From contig RFFQ01000187.1 in NCBI GenBank assembly GCA_003697105.1, positions 1 to 35,578 of the forward strand: a stretch of 35,578 nt of DNA. Reading direction: 5' to 3'. The position numbers and the translations under genes are program-made. Shown here one piece after another: positions 9,455-18,857 of this stretch. Each line of letters begins with the position of its first letter. Position 1 is the stretch's first letter. The notes under the pieces are model-generated. The model made no database searches. It was not told where the DNA came from and worked only from the letters and a program-made list of their open reading frames with translations. This stretch comes from Gemmatimonadota bacterium. Lineage in GTDB: Bacteria > 4572-55 > J002.

Positions 9455-10357
9455 TCATAAAACGCGTTCTAGGGTCAGTTGGCCGGTCTCGCAATAAGTT
9501 GCCACCGCCACTAGCTGGCCGGATTCGGCGTCAAGGCGGACAATCGCCGGTGCGGAGATGTCCGGCGGTAAGTAAAGCAGGTCGTTTAGGGCGGGAGATA
9601 CGCCATTTTTCACACGCGAAACCACTGCCTCGGGAATAATCACGCGAGGAAGGTGCGCCAGTGCCTGATCGGGGGGAATCAGAACACCGGTGAGTTCTGG
9701 AGGAGGACATTGCGTCGAATCATTAGCAATAGAATCCATAGGGATAGAATCCGTTAGCGAAAAATGCCCGATCTGCGTGCGGACTAACCCGGCAAGATAA
9801 CCGCCACAACCCAAATGTTGTCCTAAATCATGAGCGAGAGAGCGGATGTACGTTCCGGCAGAGCAATGCACGCTAAAAGTCACTTGCGGCAACGCCACCT
9901 GAATATCCCGTATCGCATAGATCGTTACTTGCCGTTTGGGTACTGCCACAGACCGGCCTTGACGCGCGAATTTATATAGTGGTTTTCCGGAAACTTTAAT
10001 CGCAGAATAGACCGGCGGTTGCTGTTCAATCTGTCCCATAAATTGGTGTAATGCGGTGCGAATACGCGCAGGCGTCACATCCGGCGGAAGCGGTATTTGG
10101 CATACAATATCTCCTTCTGCATCGTACGTGGTGGTTTCCACCCCAAGATGCACCGTAGCGCGATAGGTTTTATCGGTCGGTAGAAAGCGGATCAACTTGG
10201 TGGAGCGCCCTACCGCAACCAGTAACACTCCGGTTGCTAAAGGGTCCAAAGTCCCGGAATGCCCGACCCGCCGGATACCGGTCAATTGGCGTATCCGGGC
10301 GACGACATCATGCGATGTAACGCTTTTGGATTTATTGATGTTTAGAAAGCCATCCAT
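9455..10357 (-). CDS. truB: tRNA pseudouridine(55) synthase
   Basis: TSHDVV, GHSGTLDPLATGVL, QQPPVYSAIKVSG, CSAGTYIRSLAHDLG. Confidence 0.96.
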   Translation of the reverse strand: MDGFLNINKSKSVTSHDVVARIRQLTGIRRVGHSGTLDPLATGVLLVAVGRSTKLIRFLPTDKTYRATVHLGVETTTYDAEGDIVCQIPLPPDVTPARIRTALHQFMGQIEQQPPVYSAIKVSGKPLYKFARQGRSVAVPKRQVTIYAIRDIQVALPQVTFSVHCSAGTYIRSLAHDLGQHLGCGGYLAGLVRTQIGHFSLTDSIPMDSIANDSTQCPPPELTGVLIPPDQALAHLPRVIIPEAVVSRVKNGVSPALNDLLYLPPDISAPAIVRLDAESGQLVAVATYCETGQLTLERVL

Positions 10358-10433
10358 AGGGGGTTATCTCATCTCCGGGAAACCATACTGAGTGTAATGT
10401 GCTGATACCATTTTTGGGTGGAACGTACCGCTA

Positions 10434-12608
10434 TCATTGTGCCATCTTCTGCAAAATATATTCTCGCAAGTCATCCGGTAAAAGCGAATTGGAGAGTAGA
10501 GCGCCCCAGACCACCCGATTTTCATCATTTGCCAGTTTTTCCAAGGCTGAGATTGGCGTCCGTGGATGCTGAGCCACATCTCGCCGGACGGTTTCTGCTG
10601 GGTCCCATGCCATCTGGGCTAAAATATCCGGGGTAATATTGGGATGTGCCACAAGGACCTTGCGTACTTGCGGGTCTTCATCTTCTGCCAGTTGCCGCAT
10701 CTGGTTATAGGGTAAATGGGGGTTGCGGGCTAAAAACTGCCGTACGGAAACCGCTGGATCACCTGCCAACAGCTCCAGCACGAAGGGAATATCCGTAAAA
10801 TAGGCAAGTTTTTCGCGCACTGCCGTCTCGGGGTCACGAACCATGAGGACTGCCAGCTCCTCCGGTAAGTTAGGGTTTTGGGCAAGAGCGCCTTTCACCA
10901 GCCGAAAATAATCCGTATTCAGCAAATAATTGATGAGTTCCGGTTCGGTATGTGTTTTAGCAATCAGGGTTTGGTATGTGGTATTGAGGCTACTCATCTT
11001 TTTCAAGGTTTCCAGAGGCGTTTGGGGGTGGACACAGACCGCCAACCCCACTTCGAGGCGAGGGTCTTTGCTTAATTGAGTTAAGACCACAGGGAAGGTA
11101 TTGGGATTTTCAGCCACGGCAATGCGTACCATCATCTGTTTATCTGTGGCAAGTTCGCGCAAAGTACGAGTCGCCGTTGTGGGATGTTGGGCGATAGCGA
11201 TCCGCACAATGTCAGCCGAATCGGGCATCATTCGATTCAGTTGTAAAGCGGAGATGGCGGGATGCCGAGCCGCCGCTAACCGTACCAAAACATCGGTATC
11301 TGTCGCCAGTGTTTCAAGGGGTATTTCGGCGGCGGGATGGATCCGCGCTACCCGCCGGATACGCGGGTCGGTGTCCTGAGTCAACGATTTGACCACCTCC
11401 ACTGGGGTATTGGGGTGCATTGCCACCGCATAGCGCAATTGCCAATCTTCGTGGGTGGCAAAAGAGGTGAGCAACTCGGCGGGTGTCTTTAAGTCCCACA
11501 CCACAGACCGTTGAAATTCGGTGACATCTTCTAGTGCCACCAAATGGAGTCGGTAATACCCATCGTATTTGGGATCGTTTAAAATATCGCGCCGGTTGAT
11601 TTCGTGCCGGGCGGCGCGTTCCAATTGCGGGGCGGGTAAAGGCAGGCTTTGTTCGACCAGTTCATCCACCAGCGAGCGTTCCAAGCGATAATGCGTCACT
11701 AAATCTCGAATAAACGGGTCTTCATCCTCAAGTAATATATTGAACACCGACGCTGGTAAATTGGGATTTTTGGCTAAATTTCGCCGTACCTGAATGGACT
11801 CATCCCGGGCTAATATTTCCAAGATTTCCGGGGGGGTACGCTCATGTATCGCCACCAAACTTCGGATGGTATCGGATTCTTCAGCAACCATCCGCTGATA
11901 ATCCACTAGGGTTTGGGTATAATTTTCGAGCAAGGTGTTTAAAGCGATTTCGCGCACCGCCGGATTGGGATCGTTGAACAATTGCCGTAAGACGGTCGCC
12001 GGAGTGAATGGGTTCGCCGCAACGGCTTCTTTCACGGGTTGGTGCAATAAGGAGCGTCCAAATCGATAATCTTTCCGGTCCACAATCGTGGTTTCATCCA
12101 TCGCAAGCCATGCCAGTACCGAAAGGGGGGTATTCAGGTGTTTTGCGACCGCTACCCGTACATCCAGTGAATCATCACTCGCAAGAACCTCGAGTACCGC
12201 GGGCATCAGCAGGCGGTTGCGGGCTAAGGATTCGCGGACTCTTTTAGAGGGGTCTGATGCCAGTACCACTAACACGGAATCCGGGGTTAAATGGTGTTGG
12301 GCAATCATCGTCCGAATATCTTCCGGGCAGTTGGGTGAAGCAATAAGCTGTGCCTGATGTTCCGGCATGTTCGCCAAAATAATAAGGCTTTCCAACGGCA
12401 ATTGGGCGATATACGCCGGAGGGAGGGCGAGCAGGTCTTCGGTTTGCCGGTACACCCGCCGGTCTCCAAACGAATAGTGATAATGTGTCTGGATAAACTG
12501 GATGCAATCTTCAACAGAGGTAGGGGTATAGCGTTGATCCGCCGCGAAGAGAACAGCAGATAAAATAAAGCCGATCAACAGAGTCGTCATAATAATCCAA
12601 TAACGCAT
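10434..12608 (-). CDS. signal-peptide-bearing LRV/HEAT-like repeat protein
   Basis: 724 aa; AAGGAG RBS; N-terminus MRYWIIMTTLLIGFILSAVLFA; roughly twenty ~24-aa units of the type LAxDxxxxVRxAVAxHPNTP. Confidence 0.85.
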   Translation of the reverse strand: MRYWIIMTTLLIGFILSAVLFAADQRYTPTSVEDCIQFIQTHYHYSFGDRRVYRQTEDLLALPPAYIAQLPLESLIILANMPEHQAQLIASPNCPEDIRTMIAQHHLTPDSVLVVLASDPSKRVRESLARNRLLMPAVLEVLASDDSLDVRVAVAKHLNTPLSVLAWLAMDETTIVDRKDYRFGRSLLHQPVKEAVAANPFTPATVLRQLFNDPNPAVREIALNTLLENYTQTLVDYQRMVAEESDTIRSLVAIHERTPPEILEILARDESIQVRRNLAKNPNLPASVFNILLEDEDPFIRDLVTHYRLERSLVDELVEQSLPLPAPQLERAARHEINRRDILNDPKYDGYYRLHLVALEDVTEFQRSVVWDLKTPAELLTSFATHEDWQLRYAVAMHPNTPVEVVKSLTQDTDPRIRRVARIHPAAEIPLETLATDTDVLVRLAAARHPAISALQLNRMMPDSADIVRIAIAQHPTTATRTLRELATDKQMMVRIAVAENPNTFPVVLTQLSKDPRLEVGLAVCVHPQTPLETLKKMSSLNTTYQTLIAKTHTEPELINYLLNTDYFRLVKGALAQNPNLPEELAVLMVRDPETAVREKLAYFTDIPFVLELLAGDPAVSVRQFLARNPHLPYNQMRQLAEDEDPQVRKVLVAHPNITPDILAQMAWDPAETVRRDVAQHPRTPISALEKLANDENRVVWGALLSNSLLPDDLREYILQKMAQ

Positions 12609-12708
12609 GTAGTGTATCTCCTTGATGGGGGAAACAAAACGGAACGAATTCGCCGATTACGGAAGCAATCAATAACCATATTGGTACTAAAATTCAATAA
12701 AAAAATGA

Positions 12709-12737
12709 TTGACGCCCGGTGACTTGCCCGCTATAGT
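12709..12737 (+). promoter_or_regulatory. sigma70 promoter TTGACG-17-TATAGT for tex
   Basis: Near-consensus boxes with a 17-bp spacer, upstream of the AGGAG RBS. Confidence 0.75.
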
Positions 12738-12779
12738 AAGCGCCTCATTTTTTAGGACACTCACTTTTCAGGAGCCGAT

Positions 12780-14954
12780 GTGATGATCACTATTTCGCAC
12801 CAACTCGCCCAAGAGCTTCATTTACCCGTAGTTGCGGTTCAAAATACGCTTGATTTAATAGCAAACGGGGCGACTATCCCCTTTATTGCACGTTATCGTA
12901 AGGAAAAAACCGGAAATTTGGATGAGACAATCCTACGCCAGATCGTAGATCGCCACCAGTATTTGACCGAATTAGAAGACCGCAAACAGACCATCTTACG
13001 CGCCATTTCGGAACAAGGTCTGCTGACCGATAGCTTGCGGGAACAGATCGAGACATGCCAGCAAAAAACAATGCTGGAAGATTTATATCTGCCTTACAAA
13101 CCGAAAAAGCGCACCCGCGCCACGGTTGCCCGCGAAAAGGGTCTGGAGCCGCTGGCGGATGCCATTCATGCTTTGAATATAGAGCAAAAACATGGCGACC
13201 AACCCTCAATTTTAATTGACCTTGCCCAACCGTATTGTTCTGAAGAAAAAGGCGTTTTGACAGTAGAAGAGGCATTACAAGGGGCATCCGATATTCTGGC
13301 AGAACGCATCAGCGAACAGGCGGATATCCGGGCTTATTTGCGGAATTACCTATCCCGCAAAGCTGACCTTGCCACGTCGATCCATCCAGATTATCCCGAA
13401 GGAAGTACAAAATATGAGATGTACCGCCAGTTCCGAATCCCCATAAAGGACGCCCAACCCCACCATATTTTAGCCATGTTTCGCGGCGAGAAAGAGGGAA
13501 TTTTATCGCTACAAGTGGAATTTGATGCGGCAATCGTCCAAGCCTATTTACAGCGTAAAATCATCGCAACCCCCCACCCGGAAATTGTCGCGTTTTACCA
13601 GACGATGCTTAAAGATGCCTTTGACCGGCTCTTAAAAAATTCGTTAATAACGGAAGTGCGGCAGATGAAAAAAGCAGAAGCCGACCGGGCATCCATTCAG
13701 ACATTTGAGAAAAACTTGCGCCAATTGTTGCTTGCCAGCCCAGCAGGAATGAAACCCACGTTGGGAATCGACCCCGGCTTTCGGACGGGATGTAAAGTGG
13801 TCGCCGTTGATGCTACCGGCAAATTGTTGGAATACCAGACCATTTTCCCCCATACGGGCGGTTATAAACGGGCAGAAGCGGCAGAAATCATCAAACAAAT
13901 GATTGATCGCCATCACATTGAACTCATCGCGATTGGCAATGGTACTGCCGGACGCGAAACCGACCGGTTTATCCGGGAAGTGTTGCAAGAAGTTGACCGC
14001 CGGCCGGTAAGCGTGATGGTCAATGAAGCGGGAGCGTCGGTCTATTCTGCCAGTCCGGTTGCCATTGAGGAATTCCCCGATCAGGATGTAACGGTACGGG
14101 GAGCGGTCAGTATTGCCCGGCGCTTACAAGACCCTTTGGCAGAACTGGTCAAAATCGATCCCAAATCGATTGGAGTGGGGCAGTACCAGCATGATGTCGA
14201 TCAAAAACAGCTCAAAAAGAAATTGGCAGAAACCGTAGAAAGCTGTGTAAATTATGTGGGAGTGGATTTAAACACCGCCTCTACGGAACTTCTAAGCTAT
14301 GTTTCTGGGATCACCAAAGGTTTGGCAAAACACATTGTAGCATACCGCAATGAACAGGGAGCATTCCGGAACCGGCAGGAACTGTGGAAAGTACCCCGCT
14401 TCGGCGCAAAAGCGTTCGAGCAGGCATCTGGATTTTTGCGGATTCGCAACGGCGACAATCCGCTGGATAATACAGCGGTTCACCCCGAACGGTACCCCGT
14501 GGTGGAGCAAATCGCTAGAGACCTGAATCTCGATTTAACCGATCTGGAAGCCCTCGCCGCCGGCATCAAATCGGTTGATTTAAACACCTATTGCACCGTA
14601 GAGGTCGGAAAATTGACCTTGATGGATATTGTCACGGAATTACAAAAACCGGGGCGAGACCCGCGAGCGGAATTCCGGTACGCCTCGTTTAATGAAAATA
14701 TCAACGACATCAAGGACTTAAAAGAAGGGATGGTCTTAGAGGGTGTGGTGACAAATGTGACTAATTTTGGGGCGTTTGTCGATATCGGAGTTCATCAAGA
14801 TGGGCTGGTTCACATTTCCCAGTTGGCGAACCGCTTTGTAAAAGACCCGACCCAGATCGTCAGTGTAGGTCAGGTGGTTAAAGTAAAAGTCCTGAAGGTG
14901 GATGAAACATTAAAGCGGATCACCCTTTCCCGGCGCCAAGTTACCGAAAAATAG
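12780..14954 (+). CDS. tex: Tex/YhgF transcription accessory protein with C-terminal S1 domain
   Basis: GATIPFIARYRKE, LEDLYLPY, IDPGFRTGCK, IGVGQYQHD, S1 motif NFGAFVDIGVHQDGLVHIS; start may be ATG 12783. Confidence 0.95.
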   Translation: MMITISHQLAQELHLPVVAVQNTLDLIANGATIPFIARYRKEKTGNLDETILRQIVDRHQYLTELEDRKQTILRAISEQGLLTDSLREQIETCQQKTMLEDLYLPYKPKKRTRATVAREKGLEPLADAIHALNIEQKHGDQPSILIDLAQPYCSEEKGVLTVEEALQGASDILAERISEQADIRAYLRNYLSRKADLATSIHPDYPEGSTKYEMYRQFRIPIKDAQPHHILAMFRGEKEGILSLQVEFDAAIVQAYLQRKIIATPHPEIVAFYQTMLKDAFDRLLKNSLITEVRQMKKAEADRASIQTFEKNLRQLLLASPAGMKPTLGIDPGFRTGCKVVAVDATGKLLEYQTIFPHTGGYKRAEAAEIIKQMIDRHHIELIAIGNGTAGRETDRFIREVLQEVDRRPVSVMVNEAGASVYSASPVAIEEFPDQDVTVRGAVSIARRLQDPLAELVKIDPKSIGVGQYQHDVDQKQLKKKLAETVESCVNYVGVDLNTASTELLSYVSGITKGLAKHIVAYRNEQGAFRNRQELWKVPRFGAKAFEQASGFLRIRNGDNPLDNTAVHPERYPVVEQIARDLNLDLTDLEALAAGIKSVDLNTYCTVEVGKLTLMDIVTELQKPGRDPRAEFRYASFNENINDIKDLKEGMVLEGVVTNVTNFGAFVDIGVHQDGLVHISQLANRFVKDPTQIVSVGQVVKVKVLKVDETLKRITLSRRQVTEK

Positions 14955-14977
14955 ATTTATATATCTATATAAGTTAT

Positions 14978-15005
14978 TTGACAACCATCCAAAATGACGT
15001 ATATT
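14978..15005 (+). promoter_or_regulatory. sigma70 promoter TTGACA-16-TATATT for the sensor kinase
   Basis: Perfect -35, 5/6 match -10, 16-bp spacer. Confidence 0.6.
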
Positions 15006-15069
15006 GCCGGAATTATCCGTCGATTTATAGATTTAGTACACCCTGATACACCCCTTTTGAGAGAAAATT

Positions 15070-16695
15070 GTGAACCCGCAGAATACCACCGCATCTGCCG
15101 ACTCATCAACCGAACCGGTAATCCTCAAAGAAGAAAAATTAGCCCTGATCCTGCTCTTTTTGATGGTGTTAGGATTAGGGTTTTATATGATTTACGATAT
15201 GATGAGTATTTCCCACACGTTGTTGGAAGAACACCAGCAACGCGCTGAGACCCTAGCGGAGACGATGATGGTTGGCATCCGCACGACAATGCTTTCAGGG
15301 CAAGCCGACCATGTGCAGGATTTAGTAAAGGGTGTTCACGAGCGGGTAACCACCATTGAAAAGCTCCGTATTTACAATCAGGATGGGCAGGAAGTGTATT
15401 CTGACGTGGTACCCTCCCCGAGTCATCCATTGAACACCACTCCTGCGATTCAAGATAGTGTAAACCTTTTATTAAAAACCGGTCAGCCGCTCCGGTTTAT
15501 CCAAAAAATTGACGGCATCAACTATTTAACCCAGTTAAAGCCACTACACAACGCAACGCCCTGCCAAACCTGCCATGATCCGGCACATCCAGTAATTGGG
15601 GTGGTGGAAGTTTCGACCTCTTTAGCTCCGGCATCCCGGCGAATGGCCCAGACCGGAGTTTATGCCCTGTCCGTGATTTTGGCGGGCTTAATTTTGGGGG
15701 GAATTGTATTACGGTTGCTCTATATCTCCAAACAAAAGCGAACCGCCGAGCTTCAGGAACATAACCGGATTGTGCGGGAATACGCAACGGAACTCGAAGT
15801 GCAGAAGGATCATTTGGCAGAAATGGTGGCGGAACGCACCGCCGAACTTCAAGAAAAATTACAGGTGATCCAGCAACAGCAACGAGAACTTAAGGAACAT
15901 CAAGCGCAACTAGTTGAAAATGAAAGGCTTGCCACACTCGGGGAAATGGCAGGCATGATCACCCATGAAATTAACAATGCGATCAGCGGGTTAGGTGCCC
16001 CCCTTCATCTCATTAAAAGTATACCCCCACTGGACGAAGAGACCATCTGGCACTGTTGGGAATCCGATCAGGAAGGAACAGAGTTGAAAGCCTATTTGGA
16101 ACAGTGGCGTCAACAGTGGGACACCATCCAAGAAGGGTTGACTTTAATCGAATTGACAGATAAACGGACCCGGACGATTGTGCAGGATGTTCGTAATCTT
16201 ATCGGTGGGCAAAGTCGCGTGCTACGCCCAACGAATATCTGCCACGTGTTTCGGGAAACCGTGCGCTTGCAACAGCGCCGTTTGGAAGATATACGAATCG
16301 AAGAGAACTTTAGCGCCGAAAGCATCAACATCGTTGCCACTAGTGGCGAATTAGGACAAATTTTTACCAATTTTCTGATCAATGCCGCTCACGCCTTGGA
16401 ACAAGTTGAACATCCAACGATCACGGTTCAGATTACCCAGCGGGAAGACAAAAGTGTTGATATTCGTTTTAGCGATAATGGATGTGGGATGCCGCCCGAA
16501 GTACAAGCTCGTATTTTTGACCCTTTTTACAGTACCAAAGGGGAAAAAGGCACGGGGCTCGGGCTTTCTACGGTACGGCGAATTATCGAAAAATATCAAG
16601 GCTCGATTCGGGTAGAAAGTGAACCGGGTAACGGAACAACCTTTATCCTGTGGTTGCCCTATGACTATAGCATGCCCCATCCAGAAGCAGCATAA
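15070..16695 (+). CDS. membrane sensor histidine kinase with periplasmic CxxCH (c-type heme) motif
   Basis: Two TM helices flank a domain containing CQTCH (15562-15576); coiled coil; H-box THEINN; N-box QIFTNFLINA; DNGCG, FDPFYSTK, GTGLGL. Confidence 0.9.
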   Translation: MNPQNTTASADSSTEPVILKEEKLALILLFLMVLGLGFYMIYDMMSISHTLLEEHQQRAETLAETMMVGIRTTMLSGQADHVQDLVKGVHERVTTIEKLRIYNQDGQEVYSDVVPSPSHPLNTTPAIQDSVNLLLKTGQPLRFIQKIDGINYLTQLKPLHNATPCQTCHDPAHPVIGVVEVSTSLAPASRRMAQTGVYALSVILAGLILGGIVLRLLYISKQKRTAELQEHNRIVREYATELEVQKDHLAEMVAERTAELQEKLQVIQQQQRELKEHQAQLVENERLATLGEMAGMITHEINNAISGLGAPLHLIKSIPPLDEETIWHCWESDQEGTELKAYLEQWRQQWDTIQEGLTLIELTDKRTRTIVQDVRNLIGGQSRVLRPTNICHVFRETVRLQQRRLEDIRIEENFSAESINIVATSGELGQIFTNFLINAAHALEQVEHPTITVQITQREDKSVDIRFSDNGCGMPPEVQARIFDPFYSTKGEKGTGLGLSTVRRIIEKYQGSIRVESEPGNGTTFILWLPYDYSMPHPEAA

Positions 16696-16752
16696 CCTTG
16701 CTAAATAAAGCGGGAATCCCTTTCTGTGACGTTTCCATCATCGATTTTCCGC

Positions 16753-16781
16753 TTGACAAGCCGCTACCCCCGACGTATATT
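16753..16781 (+). promoter_or_regulatory. sigma70 promoter TTGACA-17-TATATT for the tRNA
   Basis: Near-consensus, 22 bp upstream of the tRNA. Confidence 0.8.
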
Positions 16782-16803
16782 CCACCACCTAAATTTTAAT
16801 GGT

Positions 16804-16880
16804 GCGCTCGTAGCTCAATTGGATAGAGCATCTGACTACGGATCAGAAGGTTTGGGGTTCGAATCCCTACGAGCGCGCCA
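16804..16880 (+). tRNA. tRNA-Arg (anticodon ACG), CCA encoded
   Basis: Acceptor stem GCGCTCG/CGAGCGC; D-arm GCTC...GAGC; anticodon arm TCTGA-CTACGGA-TCAGA; T-loop GTTCGAATC; 3' GCCA. Confidence 0.98.
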
Positions 16881-16932
16881 TATCTCAGTAATACTATGTG
16901 AGATGAGCGAAAACGGCTACCATTACTGACCG

Positions 16933-16968
16933 GGATTTACTTCGTATGTATGAAGTAAATCCTTTTTT
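16933..16968 (+). terminator. intrinsic terminator between the tRNA and glmS
   Basis: GGATTTACTTC-8 nt-GAAGTAAATCC followed by TTTTTT. Confidence 0.8.
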
Positions 16969-16982
16969 ATTTAGGAGGTACC

Positions 16983-18803
16983 ATGTGCGGAATTGTAGGC
17001 TATATCGGAACGAAACCAGCATTACCCATTTTGCTCGAAAAGCTGGAAAACTTGGCATATCGTGGGTATGATTCCTCCGGCATTGCCATTATTGAAGGGG
17101 GTCAATTTTATTTGGAGAAAATGGCAGGTAAAATTGACAATCTAAAAGCCAAAGTCAACATCGATTCCCCGGGTACCGTTGGGATCGGGCATACTCGATG
17201 GGCAACTCACGGTGAACCGACAGACATCAACGCCCACCCCCACCCCGACGGGTCTGGAAATATCGTGGTGGTGCAAAATGGAATCATCGAAAATTATCTG
17301 GAATTGAAAGAGTGGCTTCAAGAAAAAGGGCATGTGTTTGTCAGCCAGACGGATACCGAAGTTGTGGGGCATTTGATCTCCGAATTTTACGACGGTGACA
17401 TTGAGACGGCGGTTTTTCAGGCGATTCGTAAATTAGAAGGATCATTTGCCTTAGCCATTTTGGATAAGCGTACCCCGGAGAAAGTTATTGCCGTACGCTT
17501 CAACCCGCCGCTGGTGATCGGTTTGGGTGAAGACGGAAATTACCTTGCTTCGGATATTCATGCTTTGTTAAAATACACTCGGGAGATACTCGTGGTTAAG
17601 GATGAGGAGGTCGCCGTGTTGACTCGCGATCAAGTGCGGTTATACCGTTTTGACGGTACCGAAATCACGGATCGAGCGCCCCTTCATGTGGATTGGTCTG
17701 TAGAAATCGCCAAAAAAGAAGGATATCCCCATTTTATGCTCAAAGAAATCTACGAGCAGCCCACCACCGTTGCCGATACGATTTTGGGACGTTTACTAGA
17801 TGATGGTACGGTGGTATTGGATAATGTGCATTATCGTCAATATCATTTACAGCAAATTCGCCGGATCAACATGGTCGCTTGCGGTACCGCGTATCATGCC
17901 TGCTTGGTTGGCAAGTACGTCTTGGAAGACTTTTTACGCATTCCTGTTGATGTGGACATTGGCTCGGAATTCCGCTATCGTGATCCGCTTGTCGGGGAAG
18001 ATTATCTAACCATTGTCATTAGCCAATCGGGGGAAACCGCCGATACCATTGCCAGCTTAAAAGAAGCAAAAGCGAAAAAGTCACGGGTGATGGCGATCAC
18101 CAATGTGGTGGGCAGTACGATTTCCCGAATGGCAGATGACGTGCTTTATACCCGCGCCGGACCCGAAATCGCCGTAGCATCCACCAAAGCGTTCACAGGG
18201 CAATTAACCGCCATCTATCTGACCATGTTATATATGCTCCAACATCTGGGTGAGCGCCGTCTGAACCAACCTTTGTTTGATGGATTACGGCATTTGCCCG
18301 GACAAATCCAGCAAATATTGGATAATCATGACCAGATTAAACAGATCGCCAAAAAATTAAAAGATAAAGACAATTGTTTTTTCATCGGACGAAATCTGGA
18401 CGAACCCATTGCGCGGGAAGGGGCATTGAAGCTCAAAGAAATTTCCTACATCCACGCCGAGGCATACGGCGCCGGCGAGCTTAAACATGGCACCATCGCC
18501 CTGATCGAAGAGGGTATGCCGGTCATTGCGCTCGCCAGCCAAGACAAAGTGTATGATAAAATGGTGAGCAATATTCAGGAAGTGGTCGCCCGCAAAGCCT
18601 ACGTCATTGCCGTTGCACCCGAAGATGCAACGGATATTGAGAAACATGCCAGTGACGTTATCCGCATTCCACGAACCCACCCCCTACTAATGCCCGTGTT
18701 AGTCACAATTCCACTGCAATTGCTGGCATATTATACGGCGGTAGAACGTGGGTGTGATGTCGATCAACCGCGGAATTTGGCGAAAAGTGTTACCGTTGAA
18801 TAG
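16983..18803 (+). CDS. glmS: glutamine-fructose-6-phosphate aminotransferase
   Basis: MCGIVGY, GHTRWATHG, SQSGETAD, GELKHG, DQPRNLAKSVTVE; AGGAGG RBS. Confidence 0.98.
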   Translation: MCGIVGYIGTKPALPILLEKLENLAYRGYDSSGIAIIEGGQFYLEKMAGKIDNLKAKVNIDSPGTVGIGHTRWATHGEPTDINAHPHPDGSGNIVVVQNGIIENYLELKEWLQEKGHVFVSQTDTEVVGHLISEFYDGDIETAVFQAIRKLEGSFALAILDKRTPEKVIAVRFNPPLVIGLGEDGNYLASDIHALLKYTREILVVKDEEVAVLTRDQVRLYRFDGTEITDRAPLHVDWSVEIAKKEGYPHFMLKEIYEQPTTVADTILGRLLDDGTVVLDNVHYRQYHLQQIRRINMVACGTAYHACLVGKYVLEDFLRIPVDVDIGSEFRYRDPLVGEDYLTIVISQSGETADTIASLKEAKAKKSRVMAITNVVGSTISRMADDVLYTRAGPEIAVASTKAFTGQLTAIYLTMLYMLQHLGERRLNQPLFDGLRHLPGQIQQILDNHDQIKQIAKKLKDKDNCFFIGRNLDEPIAREGALKLKEISYIHAEAYGAGELKHGTIALIEEGMPVIALASQDKVYDKMVSNIQEVVARKAYVIAVAPEDATDIEKHASDVIRIPRTHPLLMPVLVTIPLQLLAYYTAVERGCDVDQPRNLAKSVTVE

Positions 18804-18857
18804 AAGCGAGAGACAAAAGACGCACTGACCTTTGAACCTTAAATTTAAAGACGAGTT

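Noticed and set aside
10434-12608. CRISPR array or DNA tandem repeat
   Set aside because: Repetition is at the protein level only; no identical spaced DNA repeats were seen anywhere in the window
16804-16880. tRNA as the integration site of an island
   Set aside because: No adjacent integrase, no duplicated tRNA 3' end noticed, and housekeeping glmS follows directly
16726-16929. 67-aa ORF
   Set aside because: It spans the tRNA and its promoter
16881-16982. glmS ribozyme
   Set aside because: The conserved AGCGCC...GACGAGG core is absent and the region is short
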